From an uncultured virus (IMG/VR IMGVR_UViG_3300031733_000001) (Duplodnaviria; Heunggongvirae; Uroviricota; Caudoviricetes): a stretch of 64,000 nucleotides of DNA. A program made the position numbers and the translations under genes. Positions 46,322-55,723 of the stretch are shown one piece after another (position 1 is the stretch's first letter; every line of letters begins with the position of its first letter). The notes below the pieces were generated by a model, which was not told the DNA's origin, ran no database searches, and saw only the letters and a program-made list of their open reading frames with translations. The stretch lies in the IMG/VR virus record IMGVR_UViG_3300031733_000001, one strand, 5' to 3'.

Positions 46322-46932
46322 CGGCGCCGCCCCTTCCGGAAGGTGTCCAGGACACCCCCTTCCCGCCGGCCAGAACGGAAGGTCTGGGCAGTCTGCTCAG
46401 CCCTACCCTTCCGGCTGACGGCTACCCCACGGCCCTCTGCCCCGACCCTGCTCTCCAGCACCGTGGCGGCGCGGGAGATGGTCTCGATGTCCCGCTTCAA
46501 CCCCTCCACGATCCCCACGAGCAGCCGGTACTTGGTGTCGCAGTAGTTGTAGTTGGCGACGACCCGGACGTAGCGGGCATCCGTCCGAACGGAGTCGTCC
46601 TTGTCGGAGACGGTACCGGTCTTCAGCTTCCGGATGATCGCCCAGGCGGTGGTCTTCTTCTCCTCTGCCGTGTTGCGTGCACCCTCTGCCAGCTTCAGCT
46701 GACCGATTGCGTAGCCGTACCACTCCGTGAACTGTCCGATCAGCCGCTGCAGCTCCTGGAAGCCGGGGCGGCTGAGGTCTTCCGGCATCTTGGGAAAATC
46801 GGAGAACTCTCCCCGATGGCTCGGCCTGGTAGCGACGTTGAGTCCCATGTTGATGACGTCGGCTTCGGCCTTGTCCAGGGACTCATCCAGCATGTTGAGT
46901 GCGTCGTCGTAGCGTACCTCGAATGATGGCAT
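46318..46932 (-). CDS. helical protein, possible UvsY-like recombination mediator
   Basis: Long coiled coil with V.TD.RY; sits beside RecA and nucleases. Family call weak. Confidence 0.45.
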   Translation of the reverse strand: MPSFEVRYDDALNMLDESLDKAEADVINMGLNVATRPSHRGEFSDFPKMPEDLSRPGFQELQRLIGQFTEWYGYAIGQLKLAEGARNTAEEKKTTAWAIIRKLKTGTVSDKDDSVRTDARYVRVVANYNYCDTKYRLLVGIVEGLKRDIETISRAATVLESRVGAEGRGVAVSRKGRAEQTAQTFRSGRREGGVLDTFRKGRRR

Positions 46933-47804
46933 CAGCCCCTCCTTCGAGAGCGGAACGAGGACTCAGCCTTGGCTTGGGCCGCCCTGCTCCGGCGTGGTGG
47001 TTTGCAGATCTTCTTGTACTTGCAGTTGTTGCAGTGCCAGCCGTGCTCTTGCTCCGGAGGCTCCTCGTTCATGGCGCACTCCCGGACGTAGTCCAGCTTG
47101 TCCACGATGGCCTCCCAACGACGCTCGTCGTAGACCTGGACGAACTCGGCGATGCTGCTGTCGTTCTTGTTGTAGTAGAGGAACACGATGATCGGGACGT
47201 TCAAGCACTTCTGGTAGATCGTCCCCTGGATCGTGTGCTCCGGGTGCGGCCCGCGCGTCTTCTGGTAGCCCGCATCGTTGATGGTCTTGATCTCCAGGAG
47301 GAATCGGACCTTGTCCTTGCCTTCCACCACCAGGTTGTCCCCGTCTGTGTGGCCGGAGATGTCCATCTGGTCGGCGATCTCGTTGGTGTTTGGGTTGATG
47401 TCCACCTCTGGGGTGAACTGGTAGGCGCCGTCGCTCCGTTCAGCCACCTTCGCCAGGTAGGCCTGGAGCTGGGCATGCACGGCAGTTCCCGTGTCCAGGA
47501 TGCGCCGGATGCGGGGATCCCACGCCCCCTCAGATTCGGCTTCGGTGATGTCGTAGTAGAGCTGCCGGGCGCACCCAATGGAGTACTTCCCGCAGCGCGA
47601 CTTCCCCGTGCTGTTGCCAATCGTAGAGGCGTGGAAGACCCCAGTCCGACGACCCAAGTCGCCAAGCTGGAAGTCGGTGGACAAGGAGATCTTCTCCGTG
47701 TTCATGTCCTCCAGCAGCGACTCGATCAGGGCAGCCACCGTGGCCAGCTTCACCAACCGCTTCGGCGCCTTCTTGAGGTGCTCTATCTTTGTCAGTTCAG
47801 CCAC
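46932..47804 (-). CDS. Cas4-like PD-(D/E)XK exonuclease
   Basis: CARQLYY, GTAVH, GHTDG, EIKT, QxxxY, C-x2-C-x5-C (Fe-S type); GTG start with GGAG RBS. Confidence 0.85.
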   Translation of the reverse strand: MAELTKIEHLKKAPKRLVKLATVAALIESLLEDMNTEKISLSTDFQLGDLGRRTGVFHASTIGNSTGKSRCGKYSIGCARQLYYDITEAESEGAWDPRIRRILDTGTAVHAQLQAYLAKVAERSDGAYQFTPEVDINPNTNEIADQMDISGHTDGDNLVVEGKDKVRFLLEIKTINDAGYQKTRGPHPEHTIQGTIYQKCLNVPIIVFLYYNKNDSSIAEFVQVYDERRWEAIVDKLDYVRECAMNEEPPEQEHGWHCNNCKYKKICKPPRRSRAAQAKAESSFRSRRRG

Positions 47805-48318
47805 GTAGCTTCTCCACCATCTCGAGGAACAGTTCATACGGCACGACCGCAAATTTGCGCTTGAGCCGCCGGAAGTTGATGATGAGCGCAGGCCACTCCG
47901 CAGCCATGTTGGCGTGGCGGATCACAGTGTTCAGTGCTTCCACCGTGAGCCTCCAGCCCTTCACGCTATCGGTGTACTTGTGCTCGATACGCCACTCGTC
48001 GACCTTCCGGATGTCCGACTTGGCGTCTTGGTTCCCTGAGCCTGGCTGGACCTTGCCGCCGATGTCCTCGGCCACGCCCCTCTCGAGCTCCCGGGAGATC
48101 TTGATCCGCCGCTGGCGGGCCTTCTTACTGGTGGTGGACTGCTTGCGTGGGCTGAACTTGATCGCAAAGCCCTCGTCTTGGCACTTGTCGCAGAGCCGGA
48201 ACTCTTGGAGCTGAATCTCTCCCTGCCGCAGCGAGTACCGGGTAGTCTCCCGGACACGCCCGCAGTTGGAACAGCTCTCACCGAATCCCAGGTAGTGAAT
48301 CGCCAGCTCGAACATCAC
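47797..48318 (-). CDS. Hjc-like PD-(D/E)XK endonuclease with N-terminal Zn finger
   Basis: E..VA...GG..QPGSG.....D.......IEHK; CSNC...CDKC. Confidence 0.7.
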   Translation of the reverse strand: MMFELAIHYLGFGESCSNCGRVRETTRYSLRQGEIQLQEFRLCDKCQDEGFAIKFSPRKQSTTSKKARQRRIKISRELERGVAEDIGGKVQPGSGNQDAKSDIRKVDEWRIEHKYTDSVKGWRLTVEALNTVIRHANMAAEWPALIINFRRLKRKFAVVPYELFLEMVEKLRG

Positions 48319-49631
48319 TCCACGTCCCGGTGCCGCACCTGCATCAGGTCAGCGTGAGCGAGTAGCCCACGCCAGATGATGTTCTTGACCTCGGCCTCTT
48401 CGGCGATGGCGTCCAGCAGCTCCCGCTTGCCGGAGTACTTCAGGGTCTCCCCGTCATCTCGATCGATGTAGTAGATCGAGCCACCACGCCTGATGATGCC
48501 GGCAGCGGTCCCGGTGGTGAGGAAGTTGTGGTCCACGTCCACCTCGGGTGGCCCGAAGTAGTAGCGGAACGATCCCTTCTTCCCCTCGTGTGTCCCGGCC
48601 TTCCCCTTGGTGATCTCGTAGTTGATCTCCTTCCCGAGCTTCACCTTCCCATCCGGGGACATGATCCTCTCACCGGGGCGGAGCTGGATGTCGACCAGCT
48701 TGCCGTGCTTCAGCGCCCAAGCCCCACCCACCTTGAACTCAGGCGAGCGCATGTTGCGGCGGTTGAGGTTGGCGCGCACCTGGCGGATCCCGATGACCGT
48801 GGTCTCGTTCTCCTCCAGGTAGGGCTTCTTCCCCTTCCACCCGCACTTCTTGTCGGAGCAGTAGTAGCTGTAGTTGCCGGTCTGGAACTTCTTGAAGTCC
48901 CAGTCGAGGTTGTAGCAGTCGGGACACCGCTTGCGGGGAGTGAGGGCGCCCTGCACCTTCTTCATCCAGCGTGTCTGGATGCCAGAGGCGCTGGCCACCT
49001 TGGCGTCATCCGCCAGGTCCTTCTCCTCCTCCGGTGCTGTGAGCATGCTGTCCCAGGAGTCGATGATCCCCAGCTGGTAGGAGTTGGAGCGGATCATCTC
49101 CACGACTGCATCGAGGTTGGCCTCGGCCGGCCCACGCAGGATGTGGAACGTACCCAGTCCGGTGTTGTCCTGCATCTCGGCGATCTCCGCCTTGGTGAGC
49201 AGCTCCTCGCCCTTCTCCTGCCGCCGGCGCTGCTCCACGTCGATCTCGTAGTTCGACAGGGGTACCTTGAAGCCGTGGTAGCGGGCATAGGCCTTGTCGA
49301 AGGGGAACTCCATGCAGAGCATGAAGACGTTGGTATCGTCCCCGTAGAGACGCTGTACCTGACCGGCGTAGCGATACGCCAGCATGTTCTTGCCAGAGCC
49401 GTCCGGGCCGTCGATCTGGGACAGGCCGCCAGCGGGGAGACCGCCACCGGTGTCGATGTCCAGTGAGGGGATCCCACAGGGCCGTCGAAGATCGAACCGC
49501 CCTTCCAGCTCGTGACCGCGTTGGATGACCACGCCGTGGCTGCCTAGCTCCGCCTGGATTGCCTCCAGGAGGGCGTCGGTGTCGGCGCGGGGAGGTCTTG
49601 TCAGTTTCTTGGGTCTACTCTTTTTTGCCAT
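48315..49631 (-). CDS. recA: RecA/UvsX-like recombinase
   Basis: GIPSLDIDTGGGLP, GPDGSGK, IIDS, QVR, GGWALKH. Confidence 0.9.
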   Translation of the reverse strand: MAKKSRPKKLTRPPRADTDALLEAIQAELGSHGVVIQRGHELEGRFDLRRPCGIPSLDIDTGGGLPAGGLSQIDGPDGSGKNMLAYRYAGQVQRLYGDDTNVFMLCMEFPFDKAYARYHGFKVPLSNYEIDVEQRRRQEKGEELLTKAEIAEMQDNTGLGTFHILRGPAEANLDAVVEMIRSNSYQLGIIDSWDSMLTAPEEEKDLADDAKVASASGIQTRWMKKVQGALTPRKRCPDCYNLDWDFKKFQTGNYSYYCSDKKCGWKGKKPYLEENETTVIGIRQVRANLNRRNMRSPEFKVGGAWALKHGKLVDIQLRPGERIMSPDGKVKLGKEINYEITKGKAGTHEGKKGSFRYYFGPPEVDVDHNFLTTGTAAGIIRRGGSIYYIDRDDGETLKYSGKRELLDAIAEEAEVKNIIWRGLLAHADLMQVRHRDVE

Positions 49632-49782
49632 CTCCTTCGTCTGGTCTCCTCTCGTACGGCTCCGAACCCTTCTCGGGGTCCAGCGGTATGTTGGTGTCTG
49701 GGTGCGGGTCCTTATTCCCCGCTCCCGCCCTCTTTTCCTTGGGTACCTTCTTCGGATCGATCTCGACTCCGTACTTTTCCAT
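49615..49782 (-). CDS. 55-aa hypothetical protein (MEKYGVEIDPKK...GSEPYERRPDEGDGKKE)
   Basis: Read by hand; AAGGAG RBS 8 nt upstream; bridges HU and RecA. Below the ORF-track cut-off. Confidence 0.55.
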   Translation of the reverse strand: MEKYGVEIDPKKVPKEKRAGAGNKDPHPDTNIPLDPEKGSEPYERRPDEGDGKKE

Positions 49783-50128
49783 GCCTCTTCTCCTTTCGTG
49801 GGAGCCCGAATCTGAGCTCCAGGTTCTCCTCCTTGAATAGCGTAATCGAGGCCTGGACGATAGCTTTGAGATCGTCCGATGGTATGAAACGCACGCGCCG
49901 GGTGGCTGGAACTATCATTGGCTTCGCCCCGTTCGTGCGTGGGTCTCGCGCAACCCGCGCCTTGGCCGGGCAGTTCTGGAGCTTGCCCAGGCCGTAGATG
50001 TGTACATCCCGGCCATCGCCCAGGGCCTTCCTGACGTGCTTGGCGAACAGCCTCAAGATCTTCCTGATCTCTCGGCGTGTGTACTTCGTCTCGTCCGACA
50101 AGACGCTGATCAGTTCCTGGTACTCCAT
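49712..50128 (-). CDS. HU/IHF family DNA-binding protein
   Basis: ELI..L......R.E....L......AL..G..V.I.GLG......KAR..RDPRT......PA...V.F.PS..LK. Confidence 0.85.
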   Translation of the reverse strand: MEYQELISVLSDETKYTRREIRKILRLFAKHVRKALGDGRDVHIYGLGKLQNCPAKARVARDPRTNGAKPMIVPATRRVRFIPSDDLKAIVQASITLFKEENLELRFGLPRKEKRHGKVRSRDRSEEGTQGKEGGSGE

Positions 50129-50129
50129 A

Positions 50130-52097
50130 CTACGCCTTCGCAGACGACCACGAGTAGCCCATGCCACCGTCCACCGCGAGTGGGACGGACAGGTCATCCC
50201 CGAAAGGATGCTCCATCAGGTCGCAGATGATCGGCATGGCCTCTTCGGCATGCTCTTCAGGAACCTCGAAGAGCAGCTCGTCGTGGACCTGCAGCAGCTG
50301 CTGGACACCCAGAGCTCGCAGGCGCTCGTCGAACTCGCACTTGATCATAGCCATCTTGGCCACGTCTGCCGCGCTACCCTGGATGACCGAGTTGACAGAC
50401 TGCCGCTCGGCCCTGGCGAGGTTAGCCTTCGCCGTGCCCGGCAACTTCCACCGGGTCATCTTGTCCAGCATCTGACCGATGGCCACCATCTCGTGGAAGC
50501 GGCGGGGCCGACCGATGATCGTCTCCACCATGGCATGATCCAGGATGTAGGCGTGGACACCATCGATGAACTCGCCGACCTTGGGATAGGGCTCGAAGTA
50601 CTGCTTCATCAGCGCCTTTGCCTTGTCCACGCTCACGCCGAGGGTCTTGCCCAGCTTCTGCGGACCCTCACCGTAGTTCAGGCCGAAGCCGATGCTCTTG
50701 GCCGCCTGGCGGTCGAAGCACATCTGCTTCTCGTCCTTGGTCAGGACAATGCCCCCGTCCTTGGCCGCGGCTTTCTTCTTCTTGAGGGCGGCTATGATGT
50801 CGTCGTACCTGTGCCCGAACATCAGGGCAGCGGTCCCGGTGTGGATGTCCTGACCCTTGTTGATCACGTCGATCATGTTGGGGTCGCCCGAGTAGTGGGC
50901 CATCAGGCGCATCTCGAGCTGCTCGTAGTCGACTACGATCAAGATATGATCGGTCTTGGGCATGAACACGGACCGGATGCCGAACTTGTCACCACCGGGC
51001 CGCGGGATGTTCTGGAGGTTGGGATCAACGGAGCTGAGGCGCCCGGTGACCGTGACGTGCTGGGTGAGCGTCGGGTGGATACGCAGATCGTTGTCCACCC
51101 ACTTCCTCAGACCGTCCACGTAGGTGCCCTTCATCTTGGTCAGGCCCCGGATCTGGAGGATGATGTCAGCCGCCTCAACGCCGTCCTCGGCGAACCGCTT
51201 GAGCGTCTCCTCATCGGTGGAGGGCTGGCGGTTGCCGCTGGTCCCGCCGGAGGTCATCTTGATGGGCTCCACGCCCAGCTTGTCGAAGAGCAGGACTCGC
51301 AGCTGCGGGGTGCTCCGTGGGTTGACCTCTCGGCCGGCGATCTTGTTCAGCTCCTTCTGGAGATCGTCGATGTCGGTCTGGATCTTGGGCGAGAGTTCGT
51401 CCAGGTAGCCCACATCCACCATGATGCCGCGCCGGCAGAGGTGGTGAAGCACCCTGGTGAAGGGCATCTCGACGTCACAGAAGTAGTCCCAGAGGCACAT
51501 CCCGTCCATGCTGTGCTGCCTGGACAGCTGGTCCTCGAGGTACTTGTAGACGCGGAAGGTGGCCCAGGCGTCGAGCGAGGCGTAGGACGTCGCGCTCTCG
51601 AACTCGTCCCGCATGGCCCGCATGAGCCGTTCCTGGTAGGTCTCCCCCTTCTTCTTGCCCTTGAACGCCTCCTTGAACTCACGCATGTTCAGGCCCAGGT
51701 GATCGAGGGCCGTCTCCTTCAGGCCGTGCCGGCCCTGGCGGTTCTCGTCGTAGAGCCAGTCCATGGCCAGTGTGCAGAAGGAGTCCCCCTTGGGGACGCG
51801 CACACCGGAGTTCTCCATCATGGAGAAGTCGAAGGTCTGGTTGGTGTAGTACCACCGGATGTCGGAGAGCTGTGATAGCTCGGCGTCGTAGAGGGCGAGC
51901 ATCTCCCTGGAGAAGCAGTAGCGCGTATCCAGGTCCGGGCACGCTGACCAGAACAGGACATGATCTCTGGCCCGGTCGAGACCGGTGGTCTCTGTGTCCA
52001 TCGCGCACTCTTTGGTGTCCTCGACGTGGCGGACGAACTTCATGAAGTCTTCGCCGTTGTCCACCCACGTCACGGGTGGGACGTACTGAATAGGCAT
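50130..52097 (-). CDS. polA: family A DNA polymerase with 3'-5' exonuclease
   Basis: DTETTG, YASLDA, TGRLSS.DPNLQNIP, DYEQLEMR, R..AKSIGFGLNYG (Phe at the 762-equivalent position), QGSAAD, VHDE. Confidence 0.95.
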   Translation of the reverse strand: MPIQYVPPVTWVDNGEDFMKFVRHVEDTKECAMDTETTGLDRARDHVLFWSACPDLDTRYCFSREMLALYDAELSQLSDIRWYYTNQTFDFSMMENSGVRVPKGDSFCTLAMDWLYDENRQGRHGLKETALDHLGLNMREFKEAFKGKKKGETYQERLMRAMRDEFESATSYASLDAWATFRVYKYLEDQLSRQHSMDGMCLWDYFCDVEMPFTRVLHHLCRRGIMVDVGYLDELSPKIQTDIDDLQKELNKIAGREVNPRSTPQLRVLLFDKLGVEPIKMTSGGTSGNRQPSTDEETLKRFAEDGVEAADIILQIRGLTKMKGTYVDGLRKWVDNDLRIHPTLTQHVTVTGRLSSVDPNLQNIPRPGGDKFGIRSVFMPKTDHILIVVDYEQLEMRLMAHYSGDPNMIDVINKGQDIHTGTAALMFGHRYDDIIAALKKKKAAAKDGGIVLTKDEKQMCFDRQAAKSIGFGLNYGEGPQKLGKTLGVSVDKAKALMKQYFEPYPKVGEFIDGVHAYILDHAMVETIIGRPRRFHEMVAIGQMLDKMTRWKLPGTAKANLARAERQSVNSVIQGSAADVAKMAMIKCEFDERLRALGVQQLLQVHDELLFEVPEEHAEEAMPIICDLMEHPFGDDLSVPLAVDGGMGYSWSSAKA

Positions 52098-52108
52098 GGG
52101 TCCTCCAC

Positions 52109-52140
52109 AAAAATGCCCCCTCCCCCGGAGGGGAGGGGGC
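52109..52140 (-). terminator. intrinsic terminator between SSB and polymerase
   Basis: Perfect 11-bp stem GCCCCCTCCCC/GGGGAGGGGGC, 4-nt loop, then ATTTTT on the minus strand. Confidence 0.8.
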
Positions 52141-52147
52141 TGTCGAA

Positions 52148-53245
52148 CTACTCGTCGTAGTCCGGCTCGGCGTCGTCACCGTACTCGCCGGCGTGCTTGT
52201 CGGCATCCTCCTCGCGGTACGGGTTCCTGATCTTCAAGATCTTGGCCTGCCACTCGAACGGGTCGGGGGCGAAGACCTTCTTGAAGTTCCAGGGCTTGGC
52301 CATCTCCTCCAGCTCCTCGTCCAGCTCGCACGCCTTCCAGCGCGGGATCTGGATGGTGGAGTTGGTGCCCTCACCCTGACGCTTGATCTCCAGCTCGCAG
52401 TCGAAGATCGACAGCGGCTCGGGGTCCTGGCACTTGTCGCACTCGGTCTGCTTCAGGGGGTAGTCCCTCTTCTTGCACTCCGGGCACTCCTGCTTGCGGG
52501 CGACGTAGGACGCGATGCCCTTGTCGTCCAGCTCGCACGTGGCGAGATCGAGCAGGGGGTGACCGCAGTTGGGGCACTCGTAGGCCACGTCCTCGAGCCG
52601 GCCCTCGCCGCAGTTGGCGCAGTCCTTCTCGATCTCGTTGACGAACCCCGCGAGGTCCTGGAGGTGGCCGGAGCCGATGCTCCAGTGGACCTTCTTGCCG
52701 AAGACCTTCTCCAGATCCTCCTTGCAGTACTTGCAGCGGCGGCCCTCGCAGAGGACCTTCCGCATCACCTGCTCGCCCTGGCGATCACCCTTCTTGTAGG
52801 TGATCGGCTTGCCCTGGTCGTCGAAGACGGGCTCAAGGTGGTACCAGGCCAGGTGGATGCCGTTGAACGCGTGCATCAGGCGCCAGGACACGTCCTCGGC
52901 ACCGTTGTCGCGCTCCTGGCAGGCGAGGCACTTCCCGCCGACCGTCGTGAGCTCACCATCCACGATCTGGTACTGCTTGCTGCAGATGCAACTCCGGTTG
53001 GACCGGGCCGCGTAGTGCTCCACGTAGGGGTAGTACTCGTTCTCCTCCCCCTCCAGGCCGATGTAGTTGCCCGGCAGAAGACGGAGCTTCGTGGTGACGT
53101 TCTGGGGCGGCTTCCACCGGCCGTTCCACCGGATGGAGAGGGCGTAACCACCGCCACCGCCGGAGCTCTCGCTCCTCCTGGTGGAGTAGCCACTGACCCT
53201 TTGCCCGAAGGATGATCGTTTCCTGCTAGCGGAGTATCGCGCCAT
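52148..53245 (-). CDS. gp32-like single-stranded DNA-binding protein with multiple Zn motifs
   Basis: WKP...LRLLP...HY...C...CLAC core, acidic C-terminal tail, position between primase and polymerase. Confidence 0.65.
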   Translation of the reverse strand: MARYSASRKRSSFGQRVSGYSTRRSESSGGGGGYALSIRWNGRWKPPQNVTTKLRLLPGNYIGLEGEENEYYPYVEHYAARSNRSCICSKQYQIVDGELTTVGGKCLACQERDNGAEDVSWRLMHAFNGIHLAWYHLEPVFDDQGKPITYKKGDRQGEQVMRKVLCEGRRCKYCKEDLEKVFGKKVHWSIGSGHLQDLAGFVNEIEKDCANCGEGRLEDVAYECPNCGHPLLDLATCELDDKGIASYVARKQECPECKKRDYPLKQTECDKCQDPEPLSIFDCELEIKRQGEGTNSTIQIPRWKACELDEELEEMAKPWNFKKVFAPDPFEWQAKILKIRNPYREEDADKHAGEYGDDAEPDYDE

Positions 53246-54230
53246 TTCTTTGCCTCCAAAAGTGCCAGTTCTCTGCGGCGTCTAAGACCCCTAGTATGTC
53301 TGGCTGATCGAGGTTGTCTGGTTGCGCATTTTCGTCGCACCACTCTGGGTAGTCGACAGCTAGAACCTTCAGCCCCCGCTTGCGGAGCCTCCGGCCCGTG
53401 TCAAAGGTTCCCTCCTTCCCCGCCTGGTTGTTGTCCAAGAACAGGATCACCGTGACCCCAAGGCGGCTGAGGACACTCTCCTGTGCTTGGGTCATGCGGC
53501 TGCCTTGCAGAGCCACCACATTGTCAATCTCGTGCTGGAGCAGCCAGATGCACGCCTTGTAACCCTCTACGATGATCACTGTATCAAGATCTTCGAAGAA
53601 AGCAACAGGGTACACGTTGTGCATGTTCCACAGAAAGTGGTGGTTCTTGATGTCATACCGCTCATAGCGGGCCTTGACTTCGGCGTCATCGGGCGCGTAC
53701 TTGAGCAAGTCCGGGGACTTATACACCTTGTAACGCGGGTACTCATCGATGACGGTCCTGCCGTTGATTCCGACCAGGTTCCCGTGGAGATCGCGGATGG
53801 GAAACGTGATCCGCATCTCCTCCTTGTCGAAGCCTATTTCTAGACGTTCTAGGAGTTCCTTGTCGAAGCCGGCCTTGACCAGGTCGAGCGGGAGGTACTT
53901 GAACACACCCAGCAGGCCCTCGTTCAGGGTGTGCTCTCCCAGACCTGAGTAGGTCTCCCTCTTCCGCCGCTTCGGTGTGCGCCGCTCGAGTTCCAGGGCG
54001 GAGTCGATGATGGCGCTGGGCGTGCCCATCCTCTTCAGGAACTGGACAAAAGTTCCCTTGGCATGGCACGTGTGGCAGTAGAACAGGCCGTTCTCGAGGT
54101 TCATGTAGAACGACGGCTTCTTCTCCATGCCACCCTTGTGGAATGGACAGGGTCCTCCGATGTTGTTTGGGCCAGACGACTTCACGTACCGCAGATGCCG
54201 CTTGGCCTCTTGGTAGACGACGTCTCTCAT
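53226..54230 (-). CDS. dnaG: DnaG-like primase (CHC2 Zn finger plus TOPRIM)
   Basis: CPFH...PSF...FYCHTC, RITFPIRD..G..VG..GR, IIVEG, LFLD. Confidence 0.85.
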   Translation of the reverse strand: MRDVVYQEAKRHLRYVKSSGPNNIGGPCPFHKGGMEKKPSFYMNLENGLFYCHTCHAKGTFVQFLKRMGTPSAIIDSALELERRTPKRRKRETYSGLGEHTLNEGLLGVFKYLPLDLVKAGFDKELLERLEIGFDKEEMRITFPIRDLHGNLVGINGRTVIDEYPRYKVYKSPDLLKYAPDDAEVKARYERYDIKNHHFLWNMHNVYPVAFFEDLDTVIIVEGYKACIWLLQHEIDNVVALQGSRMTQAQESVLSRLGVTVILFLDNNQAGKEGTFDTGRRLRKRGLKVLAVDYPEWCDENAQPDNLDQPDILGVLDAAENWHFWRQRNGAILR

Positions 54231-55723
54231 ACCCTTCTCGAGCGTGAGAAGGCGTCGGCGGCGAGCGCACCCATCTCGGCCTTGCTCTTGGGTACGGGCT
54301 TCTCGCCGCTGTCCTTGTCAGCCACTTTGAGGAAGTCCTTGATGTCACGGTAGTCGTTGAAGACCACCGGCACCTCGTAGGGCTCCTTGGTCTCCGGGTC
54401 CAGCATGATGACCCCAGCCTCGTCACGGGCCAGCATCATCATCTGATCGAAGTCGGTAGCCGCGCAGCCATTGATGGCGAACCCGGTGAGGTTGATCTCC
54501 CTAGCACCGGTGATGGCCAGCGCCAGCTCGTTGATCTCGTCGGTGATCTTCTTCTTGAGAATCTCCACCGCCAGGTCGCAGTCCATCCCGTAGGAGTCGG
54601 AGAAGGAGATGTTGGCCACGCTCTGGCCCTTCCTCTCCTCGCTGTCCCGCTTGGCCTGGGTGGTGCCCACCAGGGGCTTCTGGGTGTCCAGGGCCAGGTC
54701 CTTCAGGTCCTGGGTGATGGCCGACTGGTCGTCCCACTTGACCGATCGCTTGCCGGCCCGGTCGTTCCGCATCAGGTAGAGGGCGTCCGCCCCGATCAGG
54801 TCCGGCCCATGGTCCTCCACCTTCTGGCGCAGGCCCATGACGCCGCCGCCCTTCGGGTCCTCCCGGTCGCTGGTGATGATCAGGCTCTTGTTGTGCCCGG
54901 TCTCCAGCGTGCACACCTCCTCATCGTCCACCATCCCATCCATCAGGGTGTAGAACCGATCCTCCATGGTCCCACCCTCCGGCACGGCGATGTCGGCGAG
55001 GGTGCCGTTCTTGTAGGCGCTGTAGGGAGCGCCGATCAGGATGCAGATGCTGCGGTCCATCATCTGCTGTGGTGTCATCTCCCTGGTGTAGATGAGCACC
55101 CTACGGCTGGCGTAGTCGTAGGCGTGGCAGCAGATCTTCAGGAGCAGCCAGGTCTTCATGGACTTGGGACGTCCGTAGAAGAGGACGAACTCCCCAGGCA
55201 GCATGCCCTGGGTGTGCTCGTTCAGCGTGGGCCACGGGTAGGGGATCCCCATGATCCCGTCCCGGTCTCTGTTCTGCTCATACCGCGCCATGGCCTCCTT
55301 CAGGGAGGATGACACCACGATGTCCCTGCTGGTCCGCTTGAGCTTGGTTAGCTCTCGGTACTTCCTCCCGATCATGTCCAGCACCACGTCGGGCTTGTCC
55401 AGGTAGTCGTTGATCTCGTCGGACAACGTGGTGAGCTCGGTGTTGATGTGCTGGTCCTGGAACCGCTTGAGCACTGCGGACAAGCTGGGGCGGTCCTCCG
55501 GTGGGAGGTTGACCTTGGGGAAGGTGTCCTCGAGCAGCTCCCGAGTTGGCACCTCCCCCGTGGTCTTGTTCCCCCTGTAGTACTTGACGATGAACTTCCA
55601 GATGGCCAGGCCATCCTGGGTGTGGAAGTGATCGGTCTCTACGCCCGCGTCCAGGACGGGGCGTAGCTCACCGGTGTCTGCGATCTTGGATAGTAGTAGA
55701 AGCTCTTCGTGTGCTCCCATCAT
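54227..55723 (-). CDS. dnaB: DnaB-like replicative helicase
   Basis: GIPYPWPTLN..TQG, GRPKSMKT, EM, DALYLM, LK.LA......P.V...Q, SD....D.D. Confidence 0.85.
   Translation of the reverse strand: MMGAHEELLLLSKIADTGELRPVLDAGVETDHFHTQDGLAIWKFIVKYYRGNKTTGEVPTRELLEDTFPKVNLPPEDRPSLSAVLKRFQDQHINTELTTLSDEINDYLDKPDVVLDMIGRKYRELTKLKRTSRDIVVSSSLKEAMARYEQNRDRDGIMGIPYPWPTLNEHTQGMLPGEFVLFYGRPKSMKTWLLLKICCHAYDYASRRVLIYTREMTPQQMMDRSICILIGAPYSAYKNGTLADIAVPEGGTMEDRFYTLMDGMVDDEEVCTLETGHNKSLIITSDREDPKGGGVMGLRQKVEDHGPDLIGADALYLMRNDRAGKRSVKWDDQSAITQDLKDLALDTQKPLVGTTQAKRDSEERKGQSVANISFSDSYGMDCDLAVEILKKKITDEINELALAITGAREINLTGFAINGCAATDFDQMMMLARDEAGVIMLDPETKEPYEVPVVFNDYRDIKDFLKVADKDSGEKPVPKSKAEMGALAADAFSRSRRV

Noticed and set aside
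46932..47804. Cas4-like gene as evidence of a CRISPR-Cas system
   Set aside because: No repeat-spacer array or other cas genes seen; solo Cas4-like nucleases are common in phage recombination modules.
48760..48960. RecA insertion as an intein
   Set aside because: Too short, and lacks the N-terminal C/S block and C-terminal HN-[CST] splice motifs; it looks like a Zn ribbon.
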